A DNA stretch of 64,000 nucleotides from the NCBI GenBank assembly GCA_963924565.1, contig OZ004608.1, forward strand, positions 11,098,001-11,162,000, written 5' to 3'. Shown one piece after another: positions 52,301-64,000 of this stretch. How positions within the stretch are numbered: the stretch's first letter is position 1; each line of letters opens with the position of its first letter. A program made the position numbers and the translations under genes. This stretch comes from Ascidiella aspersa (Eukaryota). The notes beneath the pieces are model-generated. The model did no database searches and was not told the DNA's origin. It saw only the letters and a program-made list of their open reading frames with translations.

Positions 52301-53959
52301 ACCCGATAGGGCGATAAGTTCAAAGGCTACAACTATCAGAACACTACACATTAATAAATATTATCAAAAAAGGAGGCGCAACACAGTCGCCGATCAACTA
52401 AGTGGAGTCGCCGCGCTCCGCCGAAATCACGTGCCGCAAGTTGAGCGTTTGAAGTCGCGCGAAGCGTTCCAATCAACAAACGAAATGCGCTTCGGGCCCG
52501 GGTACTGGGAGCTCGTTGTAAGCCTACACGCGGCGACCAGTCGTCAATCAAACGGCAAACAGGCCAAGCAGCTAGTTGGACAAGCTGCTGGCAGATTACA
52601 GATCAAACGGCGTGCGCCTTCAGGTAACAACGATAATATAGATCACGGGCTGTAGAGAAGGTTTAGAGATGATGCCTTTAGACACCGTCTTGTCATCGTC
52701 GGCTGTGCTGGATAGTTTGTTCAAAGCGGTGTTTTGGACACGCGTTGCCGGTACGCCGCGTAATGCCCTTACCAGGACTGAGCTTACTTCGCCCGTGTGG
52801 AATCCATACGCTACATTGAGGTGATGCTTTTACAGCAAGTCGCCGATACATTACGGGTGAGTGGATTATTGAATTAACAGCTTTTTATTGGACTGGCGGT
52901 TTTGGTTGAGCTGTTTGTTATTTATGGTTACTCAAAGAGTGGTAGTGATGTTGGTTCGAGCTTTTAGCAGAACAACGACCTGTCATTTTTTATATTTTTA
53001 TTATTGTTTATTGCATATATACCCTCTTATTGCTAAAGTATGAAACATAATTTTTTTATATGAATTAGGGTGTATTTACGTTGTTAGAATAGTAATGTTT
53101 GGATGTGAAATATTAAGGAAAAACTTGCCACTGTCGGGTAAATGATGTAAGAATCTCTTATTGTCTCCTTCAATGTAACTAACTCTTACGCTTGAAGCGT
53201 ATCTAGAAGGGCCACTTACCTGGCTTAAACAAACTTTTTTTGCAACATTCAGGTGGCGAACAACGAGCTTACTTTATAGGTATGCGACAGAAGTGTATAT
53301 ATGTGCTGACATTTGTGGTTATTTCTAGGTTCCCTTATCTTTCGCACTGAAAAGACAGCTATCAACAGTTAAAGCAATGAAATGCATCACCACAAAAATA
53401 AAGCACAAACATTTCACGAATAATTTTTTTCCATGAAAACACTCTTGTTTATCAATTTGTAAAATAAGGGTACTTTATAAATTAAAGAAATAAGTCACTT
53501 TTACATTCCCTTTTCCATTGGGGTAAATAAAATTCTCCTTATGGTTAGATTAATAAAATAAATATTTTTTCATTACTTCTCAACAGTAACTTATTGTACG
53601 ATCGAATATAAACTGCCAAATGTTTGCCTCGTCACTGTACGACACGGCGGCAAAAGAGAGATGGCCGTCGAACGTGCTCAAACTTCGACAGTGGTGCATT
53701 ACCAACCGCTAGGGCATCATTGACAAAAATCGCTAAGATCTCGTTGCGTTCTTAATAGGCGACGATGCGCGAAGCATCCTCTTGTCAATTTAAAATAAAC
53801 GAACTGTATTGGAGCGACTGAACAAACCTCGGAAAGGAGGCATGACAAGGGAATAGGTCCCGGATTGTACAGACATGATGCTTAATGTCAGTTTTTTGTG
53901 TTGATGTTGCGATTGTGTGCATTTTGCGCGCCTCTTCTTATTTGTTTTTGTAGAAACTT

Positions 53960-54597
53960 GCGAACTGTAGGCCGCGGCCCAAAGGTGGGCCGTTTAGCAG
54001 TTTTTAGTGGGTCGCGAGTTTTTCTTTTATTATTTCAGTAGTTGTGGGTCGCGCGATAGCCTGACATTCATTGACCTGTATTTTACAAAAAAAAATTCTA
54101 AAAGGTTTTTGACCCATTGTCGTATCCTAGGGCAACCAGGCCACCTCAAAGTATACTTTTACCAAGTTTAACTCTACGTAACTTTTTTGAGCTTCACGCC
54201 CTTTTTTGAATTCATTCGTGTTATATCTATTCAGCCAAAAGATGCTATATCTTAGAAATGGCAGGGTGACTCATAAACTCTAACAAAGTTCTATTCCTGT
54301 TAAATAAGATATAAGAATACAAATGTCTTTATTTCGAGCAATATTCGAATTTATTTTATGTGTGCCTTATGCGTCACGTATCCTTTTAACTGATGTTTTT
54401 CCAACTTAAAACAACCATACGCCATGCCTTTCGCTTTACGCGCCCGATTCTCTTGAAAACAACATTTTTGCTTTATGAAGTAACTTTGTGACGTCCTTCT
54501 AAAAATAAATAGAAATACGCCCCTGTTGTCGTAGGATTTTTTAGTAGCTCTTAAAAGACATTTTGGGCCGCCACAAAACAGTTTGCCGACCACCATG
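53960..54597. mobile_element. Degenerate hAT-like MITE upstream of FoxD
   Basis: Repeated GTGGGTCGCG/GGGCCGC subterminal motifs near both ends, an AT-rich interior and a terminal GTTTGCCGACCAC; boundaries approximate. Confidence 0.4.
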
Positions 54598-56380
54598 CTG
54601 CAAAGCATTGTTTGTAGTGAAATGTGTTCATTGAAATTATCATGGTCCAAAACTTACTTTTTAATGTGCCTTAACCTAATAAACTTTTCAATTTTTTATT
54701 CAAATAATTTACATTGAAATACAAAATTATATGTTTGACCTCATTTAATCAAACAAGCACGTACAGCTTGCTCAGTAATTTTCTATAAATTAAGGTAAAT
54801 TGTTTTAACGTTTTTATAGAGGAAACTCATCGCATAAGATAAAGGAATTTTGTCTCTCACAAAATGTCGTAAGCCGAAAAATTTCGTTTTCCAGGTGGCT
54901 CCGAGACAAGGCGACATCTCCGCCGTTTCAGTGACGTAAGGCACTCGTTGACCGGGGCCGTTTGCCAAAGCCGGGATCGGGAACAGATGCTAATTGATTT
55001 TGCGTGGCGCGGCGCACTTAGATGCTGAACTATGGGTCGGAAGGAAACGTGCACTTGTTGGGCGATGTGCAGCGAACTTCGAGAAGCGACAGGTGCCCTT
55101 ACTCCTGCCTCCCAGACACCTTTTGAGACACCACTGTCGGCGCCAAGCGTTTATTTGCAAAGGAGACGCGATTTGGAATTCCTCGAGAATTTTTACCGGT
55201 GTTTGGCTGAAACGATTTGAAAGCAACGATCGGTAAAGTTATGAATATAACCTGGTTTTGGGTATTTTGGTGGAAATGTTTTCTTGATACATATCAACCA
55301 TATATATATATTGATTGTGTTTTTTCGTATTTTTTATTTAAAAGTATAGAAGTTTTAGCTGTGCTTTACACCGGTGGACTTGAAAAAAAAAAACGTTTGG
55401 ACTCGCGTTGGTAAAAAAAAAGCGTTGGCAAAAAAATATAAAACAGGAATACTCAAGAAAGGGTTGTAATTTAAGTTTTCTTTCACCCAAAATGTTTTCA
55501 TGGCCCAAAGTAACCGCAAAACTGCACGAAATTTTGGTTGGAGCCATTTTCCCTGGAAAGATACACGAATCTCGAGTCTGGCAAGCGAGCGAATCGAAAT
55601 GGAACAATCGTGTTTCCACTTAAAACAATGGCTGTTGATGTAGCTGCCGCCTCTTAATTACGTCACGGGCCCTTCAGCTCCGTGCTTTCTCGGCGTGTGA
55701 TTTCGGGGCCTTTTCAAGTCGCCCGGGAAATTTACACACGCCAGCACCTTGCAAAAACCAACGCTGCTGTTATTTTGCGCGCCCGGCCCCGAACTAAAAT
55801 TAAACATCGCGCAAAGGGCCGCTTACCCTGACGAGTAACAACACAGAAGCGCCGATAGATGGAAATACAAATAAGAAAAACGCCAACTGATGACTTAAGG
55901 CGAGCTGTTTTGATATCAAACCCAGGATCAAAACACTTGATTTTCAGCGAGCCAAATCAAAATCGAGCCTTCAAGGGCGCCCGAATGTCGGACAAGAAAG
56001 CAAACGAAAACGCCCGATTCCTGTTTGATATGTCTGTCGCCCCTCGCCCTTACGAGGCGCTTTTTCAGCGCGTTTTTGCGGGATGTCGCGCGGTTTTTCG
56101 TTTTTGTCGCTGGATCGTCCCCTTTCCATTTATGCTGAAGTATAACGCGACGACCAAAATAGTTTTGCGAGGTGTGCGCAAAACGCACGCGGCCATTTTG
56201 TACACAACGCTTGAGTGATGAAGTCGATACTTGCTGACTGTTTTAATACTGTCACGGAAGCGACAGCAGTTTTTCCTTATGGTAAAAATATGGTTTTCTG
56301 TTTTATAAAATCGAGCCAGTGCACCACAGCCCACTGCTCAGACAAACTAAAAAGTTAAAGCAACCTTTAAATATTAAAAA

Positions 56381-56428
56381 AAATCTTTCGAACTGCAACT
56401 TAGCAAATCTTTCGAACTGAAACTTAGC
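56381..56428 (+). repeat. Tandem duplication, 24-bp unit x2
   Basis: AAATCTTTCGAACTG(C/A)AACTTAGC twice. Confidence 0.85.
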
Positions 56429-59400
56429 ATTGCTTACAGCTTATGCTTATATGTGGTACAGTTAAATTTACAATAAATAAAAAATACCTCATTTTTTGCG
56501 GCGATGAAATGCTACACCAGTCGGTAGTGGGTTTTTATTTTTTTTAAGTCAAGTTCTTTCGAAACGGGTAATTAGATATATCGCTATCCATTTCCAGCTG
56601 ATGTGCTTTTAGCTTAAAATGAAGCGAAATCGAGACTTGGTGCAGCGGAAAAGATGGGCGAGATAGCGTTGAGCGTTGTGGTCGTTGCTTGCCCTTAAGG
56701 GCGCGACACCTGGACCCCTGCGTAGGGGACGCTTCTCCAAATTCCCTTCTCGATAGCAGAAAATGTTTCCAAACCTAAATTGCTATAGTTCTACGTCATT
56801 TCTTACCGAAAAGCGAAGCGCCAAGAAGGACCGCGGGGTCAATACTGAGTGGGCAATACGAGCACAGGCCCTTCGATTTTGTTTGCTCTAGTCAGAGGGT
56901 AGGGGGGTGAGGGGGTCTGGCCCGCAGGCTGCAGGCACCTGTGCCCAATGAGGCGAGCGCGGCTCAACCCCGCTGTCTAAATACAGAAAGCAATTATTGT
57001 TGTTGTCGGTGTTTTTGGCACAACAAGGGCCGGGGTGATATTGTCGCGTTACCCTGCCGATGAGACTCTGACTCACATTCTAGCTGCCAATCGAAGCGAT
57101 TCGTCATTTACGCAAAGCGCTTTCTTATTTAGATTATTGCGATTTGCAAATTTGATCAATTTTTTTAAGTAAACTTATAGTTGTTTCTGTTAAAAACCAT
57201 TATTCAATAGTGTGCATGTGGTATACCATTAACAGCGCCGTGTATGATCCTATGTCGAAAGTAATTTTTAACTCGCCGGTCGATTGTAAACAAAATTTCA
57301 AACCTTTATATTCAAATAAAAGATGAGCAACATTTTTCTAACATAACATCATTTTTTTATTATTTTAATACCAACCTGCAAAATACCAAATTTCACGACA
57401 TTACACACACCGCCTATGTAAAACACGCATTTGCGCTTGACAACCACAAAGCGTATAGCGAGATCTAAATGCAGTAACGCGAAATCTGGAAGCTATTTAC
57501 GGCGTCTACTCCAGCGGGCGATTGACTGAAATATCGGATCTTAATTGAAAGCTCCTCAGACACCGCTCTTACGCCGTGTCGGCTTCTCGAGTTGAATATA
57601 GCTATCGCGTTGCCTGGCGCAGGTGTGCTGTTTGGGACTGCGAAAAAGGGGGTGCAAGAGGGGTAACCTACCGTGCTGGGATATCCGTTAAATAAGTGTT
57701 TTAAACGGCACTATATAGCGGGGCTTACAAATGTATTATAAAAACTAAACCGATTTAAAAAATTTTAATCACACAGAAAACTCAAGCGTGAAACGCAAAC
57801 CAGTTTATTCCTGTCACCCAATTGCCCCCCACCCCTTGGAATGCGGGGAATTGTACCCTCTTTAAAAAAACCTTCCTCGGCATCCCTATATGTGCAGGTG
57901 TGCGACTCCAAGTGCCTTAGGACAGATCTCACTTGAAGGGCTGTCGACACATCTGCTTGTCCTTGTGCTAACTTTGATATGATCTTCGGAGCTGAAGAAC
58001 GGCCTGTCGGCTTTCCACTTGGATTTGAAGCTGGGTTCCCTTGGCAAGACATCCCACCTGTCGTCTAAATGGAATTTGGTGAGTTTTTGTTACCTTTACT
58101 TTACGTTTAAAAGTATATTTACTTTTTGTATGTTGTTTGTACCTAGTATAGACACTAAAGCGCCGACATGGCTAAGTTTATCCACTACTGTTGCGGACAC
58201 CGCATCAGTCAAAATGGCAACAAACAAAAATGGCGTTGCAGCTGGCTGCGCAGTTTGCATTACGCGCATTTATCAAACAACGGAAACGTTTTTTTACGAA
58301 ATTCTAAGATTATTTCTACAGCTAAAATATCACAGCTACAAATGCAGGCGTTTGTTGTGACCAATCACCAAATCAGACTATAGGAAGCAGTTCCAGTCGT
58401 ACCAGAAGTGAAATATCAGCCTTTAAACAATTTAGTTAAGAAGCACTGTTATCATAAATCCAGTAGCGTAAAAATTCCCTTTGCGCATATACGGTTGATA
58501 TAAGACACCGGGGTCATTTGTGCGAAGAGCAGGGCGTGATGTATTGAAACAATGCTTATAGTAAACCGTGTGAGAAAGCCACCTAGGTTCGATATGGGAG
58601 TAGGGGTGCTGGGGGTGAAAAGCCTATTTTGTATTCTCTGGGTGGAAGTGGTTAGACACGGAGCCCCCCTCGTATTCAGCATCCCTACCCACCGCCGAAG
58701 CGACAGATAACATTTGTTGACCCGTTCCAATGGCAGAGGAAACCAGCTTTGTCGCTCATGCATCAGCATAAAGCAGATCGCAAACGCGCGCCGATCTTCA
58801 CTTTGGCGTTTTTCCAACTGCTAGGGGGAATTCTCACGCGGTGAGTTTTTTCCGCCAAGTTTGTTGTCGCCTCTGAAAGCTTTTTTTGTGATCGTGGTTT
58901 TACGCCATCAGCACCTGACCCTGGTCAGTATATTGGTTTCTAAGGCATTGTGCTCTGTATACTTCCAGCTCTTTTATTTCCTACCTAGTTTTAAAAAATG
59001 GCAAAAAACAGGGTAAAAATAAGGCTAGCTACTTTAAAGTGGCCGTGTAACTAAATTTCTGTCATCGCAGTTTAGCGCCCTGCTTGTTACGTATGAATTT
59101 CGCACACATTTGATATATATTACTAAGCATTTAATATGTTGTTTAGGCACAGTAGCCTAATATTCTGTTATGACATATTAATACTAATGATATTTACATG
59201 TGCATATTAAACTTTGATGCCGTGATGTTAATTATCTGTATTTATATATATTATAAAGCGCACATCTTGTTATATAGTTAGAAAATTGCGGAAAACATTT
59301 CGTTTTGTCAACCATCCAAAACATATCGATATCGACTGTGTTTAGGAAACGTATAGTTGATAATGTTGTAAGGGTTTAAAAAATGATTTTAGTCAAAATG

Positions 59401-62400
59401 CGTTCAAAATTTTTACAGTATGTGAAGTGTTGGTTTTCCATTTTTAAATTCTCCCACTTATTTAGGCTTTATTTTGACATCGTTCACACGCTTAAAACAG
59501 CAACCATCCATTTGCTTCAATCATTCTTAAAAGTAATTGACACCCGTAAACAGCTTCGAACACCTTTTTCAGCACCAACTGCAACGAATACGGCCCAAAC
59601 GTTTGGGTGAAAGTTCGCCAGGCAGTTTGTTTTCACTGCTAAAGTGCGCTCAGTTCGGTAAAGCAGTTGTTTACAAGATACAGTTGACTTATGGGGAAAT
59701 TAAGTACTCCCACTAGCTTATAGTATAGTACCCGAAAATTTGCCTATTCGACCACTTAGGAAGGCTTCCATGCATACAACACAAGGCAGCTTTCGAGAAA
59801 ACTGTGGAAATTCGACCCTTTTATACACACAACCCCCTAAAAATTCAGATTCTAGAAAAAATATCAATTTTTGGTAAAACTGATTTTTTAAGAAAAGTTT
59901 GAACAATTTAATGAATAGTCTAGGAATTTTAAAAAATTAAAAAGTTTATTCGAAACTTTGCACCAAAAAAACTATATGAACGGTCGATTTAAAACACAAA
60001 AACATACACGCATGTTTTCAGTAACTTCAGCACGTTTTTTAGCCTCGGCGTTTATCATCCCGCGTACGCAATCAAGGTCGTCTTGTCTGTTTTGGAGGTC
60101 AAATATTGAAACTGTCGCGTCGCGCACGGCCGAGTGAAAGTCGTCTCCTTCACGGGCGGCGGAAAGTCAATGACGCGCGACGCCGCGAAACGATTGTCGC
60201 GTCACGATATCGACTGTTACGTCACTGTCAACGACGAGTGGCCGTTGCTCTCGTAGTAAACAGGTTTCAGGGTGGGTGGGGCCACTACATAAACTCGCTA
60301 CAACTCAAGTCGGTTCATCCGAAGCCGTGTTTTGAACGAAAAAATGTGCAAAGCTGTCGTTTTTACTTGCATATTGTTAAGAACCTTATCGATGTACAAT
60401 TTTAAAGGATTGTTTTATAGATTTAGTGCCATTTTTTAGGATTTGGTGTCATATTGCGATTTTCTTTTTTTGATGGAAAGACCGTCATATATATCTGAAA
60501 AGTACATGTGAAGACAAAATTAGTTCAAGATTTTTTGTTATGGAAATATCTTCGAAAAAAACAGATAACACTTTTCTAGTTGCACCTCACCCATTTTGGG
60601 GCCGGCTAAGTTAAAAATGGACTGTCTCGCGGGACCTGATTTACTGGAATTCAAGCTCAAGCAAAATTCAATATTATAAATGCACGCTTATTACCCTTCA
60701 AAAAAAGCCTTCCTATATTGACATACGGCCGTGGAACGAAAGGATCTGTATTTGTCCTCGGCAAGTGGAATTAACGATAGGTACAAGGACGCAGCTTTTG
60801 CTAAACAACCAGCGGCGACACGAATTAACAACTCGATTCCGGGCAGTTTATTGAGCAGGGGGCCTCAAGAGCGGGGCTGAGTGGAGTTGGAGATGGAGTT
60901 AAGGGTGGGAGGCGCGGGCCATTACCCGGGCCTCCTTCAGATGTGGGCTTTTATCCGCTGCCGAATAATCAAACACGGCAAATGGCTTGTAACGGCGCGC
61001 CGAAAGAAAGCGCCAGCTGGCAGCGGCACAAAGAATGTTATCTTTGCCAGTGTAAACCGGGCGCATGGGACAAAGGCGCCGGCGCTGGTGCCGCTAATAG
61101 AGCCTTTCACCCGGACCCTTCCATCCGCCGGGGATCCTTAGGGCTGTCGCAGCACCAACAACACTCGTCCACTCTATGAGCGAGACGCGCTAGGGCGTCT
61201 TTGCCCGGGGTTTGGGAAAGGGCGCACAAAACCCGCGCGCACCTGGCCCGTCGGTAACGCGGCACCGCTCGATGGCCGCTCGCTAGGCTAGGGTGTGAAA
61301 ACGCGAGCCCTTAAGTTGACACGAGTATTATTGTTTGGGCAAAACTCTCACGCCTCGGACGGGTCGGACGGCGCATTGGTCCTTTTACTTACTTATAAAA
61401 AGTCCCCACTGGTCTGCTGATGTGATGGCGATGATGATGTTGTGTTTTGCGACACATTTTTTTTGGTTCTCCTTCGGGCACCTGTCGCCTGTTGTTTTAG
61501 CTGTCGGATCGGATATAATGATTAATGTAGGCAAACAACCACTAAAAAAATTCTGCGGTATGTGTTGTGCTGTGCTGTTCTATTGTTAACTTTGTTAAGC
61601 ATTTCGTGGTGTGTAAGATGAAACAGATCGAAGCAAACTTTCTTTGCAGGCACTATTTTCGATATTAAAAACTCTGTAACGGTATTGTGTTCTGGTCATC
61701 TGTGTTTTAGTGTTTTTTATCACACATGTTGTGTCCATATGTTGTTTTGTTCATAGATATCCTTTACAAACAAGTGTAAACGAGTTTGATTGAATCTCGT
61801 AATATGTTATGTTGCTTACAGAGTGTATAAAGGGGCTATAGCCGCAAAACCTTTATATGGATGCGATAAACGGATAAAGTCTGTCGATTTGCCGCGGATA
61901 GGTGGCTACCGTAGTTAGCACCTGTGCACTGTTTACAAGTTTCCGGTAGTTAGCTGTTGATAAGTGGCCGAAAGTAAACAGCATTAACATTGCGCAGCTG
62001 TTGTGGCGAACCGAAGCTGGCTTTCACGGTATTTTACAAAGATAAAGTCGTGTAAAAAGTGGGTCCGAACACAGAAGAAAGCAATAACATTTACGCGAAG
62101 CGGGCGCATTAAATCTTCGCCCGATGTCGCAATTAGGATGGCGCGAAACAACGGCCCGTTCCTTGCCGTCGCCACCTGTCCACATACAAATGTGACTAAG
62201 ATAAACCAAACACCCCAAAGCAAAGCGCGCCATTATGTCGTCACAAAGCGCAAACAAACAGCGCGGGCGCGACAAAAACCGGGAGCGCGCTATTTTTCCT
62301 TAAGTGCTTGCGCGAGCCGCATTTTTACCGCCCCTCCCCTCAGTCGATGTCGCTTTAATTGAGTTTCAATGTAGGCCGGGCACCGTACACCCGCACCAGC

Positions 62401-64000
62401 TGCTGACTGCGAGACTAAAACTAACTCCGCGTATTGTTTGCGCCACTTCGCACCTTTCGGGGGTAAACAGGGTAAATAGTTTGTGCCCCAGGGCCGCGCG
62501 CGATCGTTTGTCGTGCGATCCGGGAGCCCCAGGACCCTTCGTTGGGGGCACGGGGTCCCCAATGCCAAAGGTGCGAGGTGACCGGCTTCTGGTGGCTTCA
62601 GGTTACTTTAGCTGCGGCTTTGCAACAGGAAGACGAGTTTTCCCGACGTCAGTTGTGGCGGTGCGACAGATGACGATGCACTTAGGCGAGGAATTCGTGG
62701 CGCAAATGCCATCTGTCAAGGTTTTATGCGTGCCAAGCGCTGTTAAACATTTAACTATGTTATTTGTTTTGGGTTTAATCGCGTGTATAGGTTTGACTTG
62801 ATTAGTTATCTTTACGTGGCTTGAGAGCAACGCAAGAAATGTAAATTTTAGCGGGATTTTAACTTTTTGTTTTTCAGCACAAACTTAAACATGTCAACCT
62901 GTGTTTCACACTAAACGTTTTAGATTAGATAAAGGTCGTGTCGAGAAGAACTTATGGCTTTATTAATGCGGTTAAAACCTAACAAAATTCATCAAATGCA
63001 CACCTAGCCTTGAAGACCTCGCTATATAGTTAAATAGGGACAAGCTTGTCACACACATGATGAACCACTTTGAAATCGCCGTACGTTTTCCAGTAGTTTT
63101 GAAAAAGTATACTTTATTCCAGTATAAACATTTAGGTTGTGGTATGTCGTGAATTAACGACAGTCGGCAATCAAGGGCCCAGACATTCCTATCCATAAAG
63201 CCATTCAACGTTTCTTAAATTCATTCATCCCGGCGCGAACCCCTTAAATCAATTTTGATACAACAGCTTGAAGAACAAACTCCCTTCTCATAAATAATCG
63301 GGTCCGCACCGTAAGCCCTTGTCGCTCTGACGAGAGATGAAGAGAGTGAGCACAAACTCCAAAAAAACTCAAAAACAAGCGATCAATCCTGGATAGATGA
63401 CGGATCTCTGTCCAAGCAGACGTGCCCGATCCGGGGTCCGCCATCTTGAACAGCGAGGCTTAATGAAAACTAATGCGCGACTAATGACACCGTCGCTTGT
63501 TTTTTTTCTCTCGCGCGCGGTAATGCCGACTAATAGGACCCCGCCGGCCGTGAAATGTTTGTCAATGAAGCGCGCGCGTCCATCACTTGTGACGTAACAC
63601 GCGGGCGACCGCGTTGCGTCGTCCAGTCGCGTTGTTTATCGCGCCTGCGATGCATCAAATTAAGTTTAACGCGAAAGTACCGCGTTGGGATGGCGGCTTG
63701 TGCTTTGGCGTAATGCGACCAGAACGGACAAATGACCGCAAGGCTTCTGCTGCCGTGACCAGTTTCGTGATGGACGATCGGACATGGCTTGGACAATTAT
63801 TATTGGACCGTGTTGACCTTGCTTGCGTCCAGGCGCCTCGACTTCAAAATGCGGCCGACTTGTTTTAATTCAAGCCTAATTAACTGAGCGGTCGGTTTTG
63901 GACAGTGCCCATCGTCAAGGCGCCGCAGTGGAGTTGGACCGTTCGAAAACAAGATATTCACCCGGTATCTTTCTATATGTATATGTGCTGTCGCTAAAAT

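Larger units (their letters stand above)
49600..64000. promoter_or_regulatory. Non-coding regulatory desert upstream of FoxD
   Basis: At least 14 kb without credible exons; repeated CpG-rich modules with Tcf, GATA, Fox and CACCTG motifs. Confidence 0.55.

Noticed and set aside
56895-56925. G-rich tract as a G-quadruplex
   Set aside because: Only three separate runs of three or more G; no supporting context.
37585-63868. Many 60-170 aa ORFs in the FoxD-flanking deserts (e.g. 39343, 43841, 52257, 55859, 62304)
   Set aside because: No protein-like motifs or coherent splice structure; they coincide with stop-poor GC-rich modules.
1-64000. CRISPR arrays, tRNA/rRNA genes, prokaryotic operons
   Set aside because: The locus is eukaryotic and spliced; no repeat-spacer array or structured RNA gene was recognised by eye (tRNAscan/Infernal not run).

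Overview
Intron-rich animal genomic DNA, most likely an ascidian tunicate (inferred from compact AT-rich introns, mosaic CpG depletion and a two-exon FoxD starting MTVQ). All gene models were built by hand from GT-AG junctions with reading-frame phase checks. The left 36 kb is gene-dense: SORL1 (minus, 11 exons, continuing off the left edge) is head-to-head with DYNLT5/TCTEX1D1 (plus), and a 121-aa TMEM238-like two-TM gene (minus) is head-to-head with MED26 (plus). DNAI4/WDR78 (minus, 18 exons) follows, and its largest intron holds a complete antisense 4-exon gene for an unusual exonuclease/endonuclease/phosphatase (EEP) enzyme, possibly horizontally acquired. The right 28 kb is a FoxD gene (minus, 2 coding exons) inside a non-coding desert of regularly spaced CpG-rich modules enriched in CACCTG boxes. 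Several MITEs are present. No tRNA, rRNA or CRISPR array was recognised. No database searches were run, so homology calls rest on remembered motifs.
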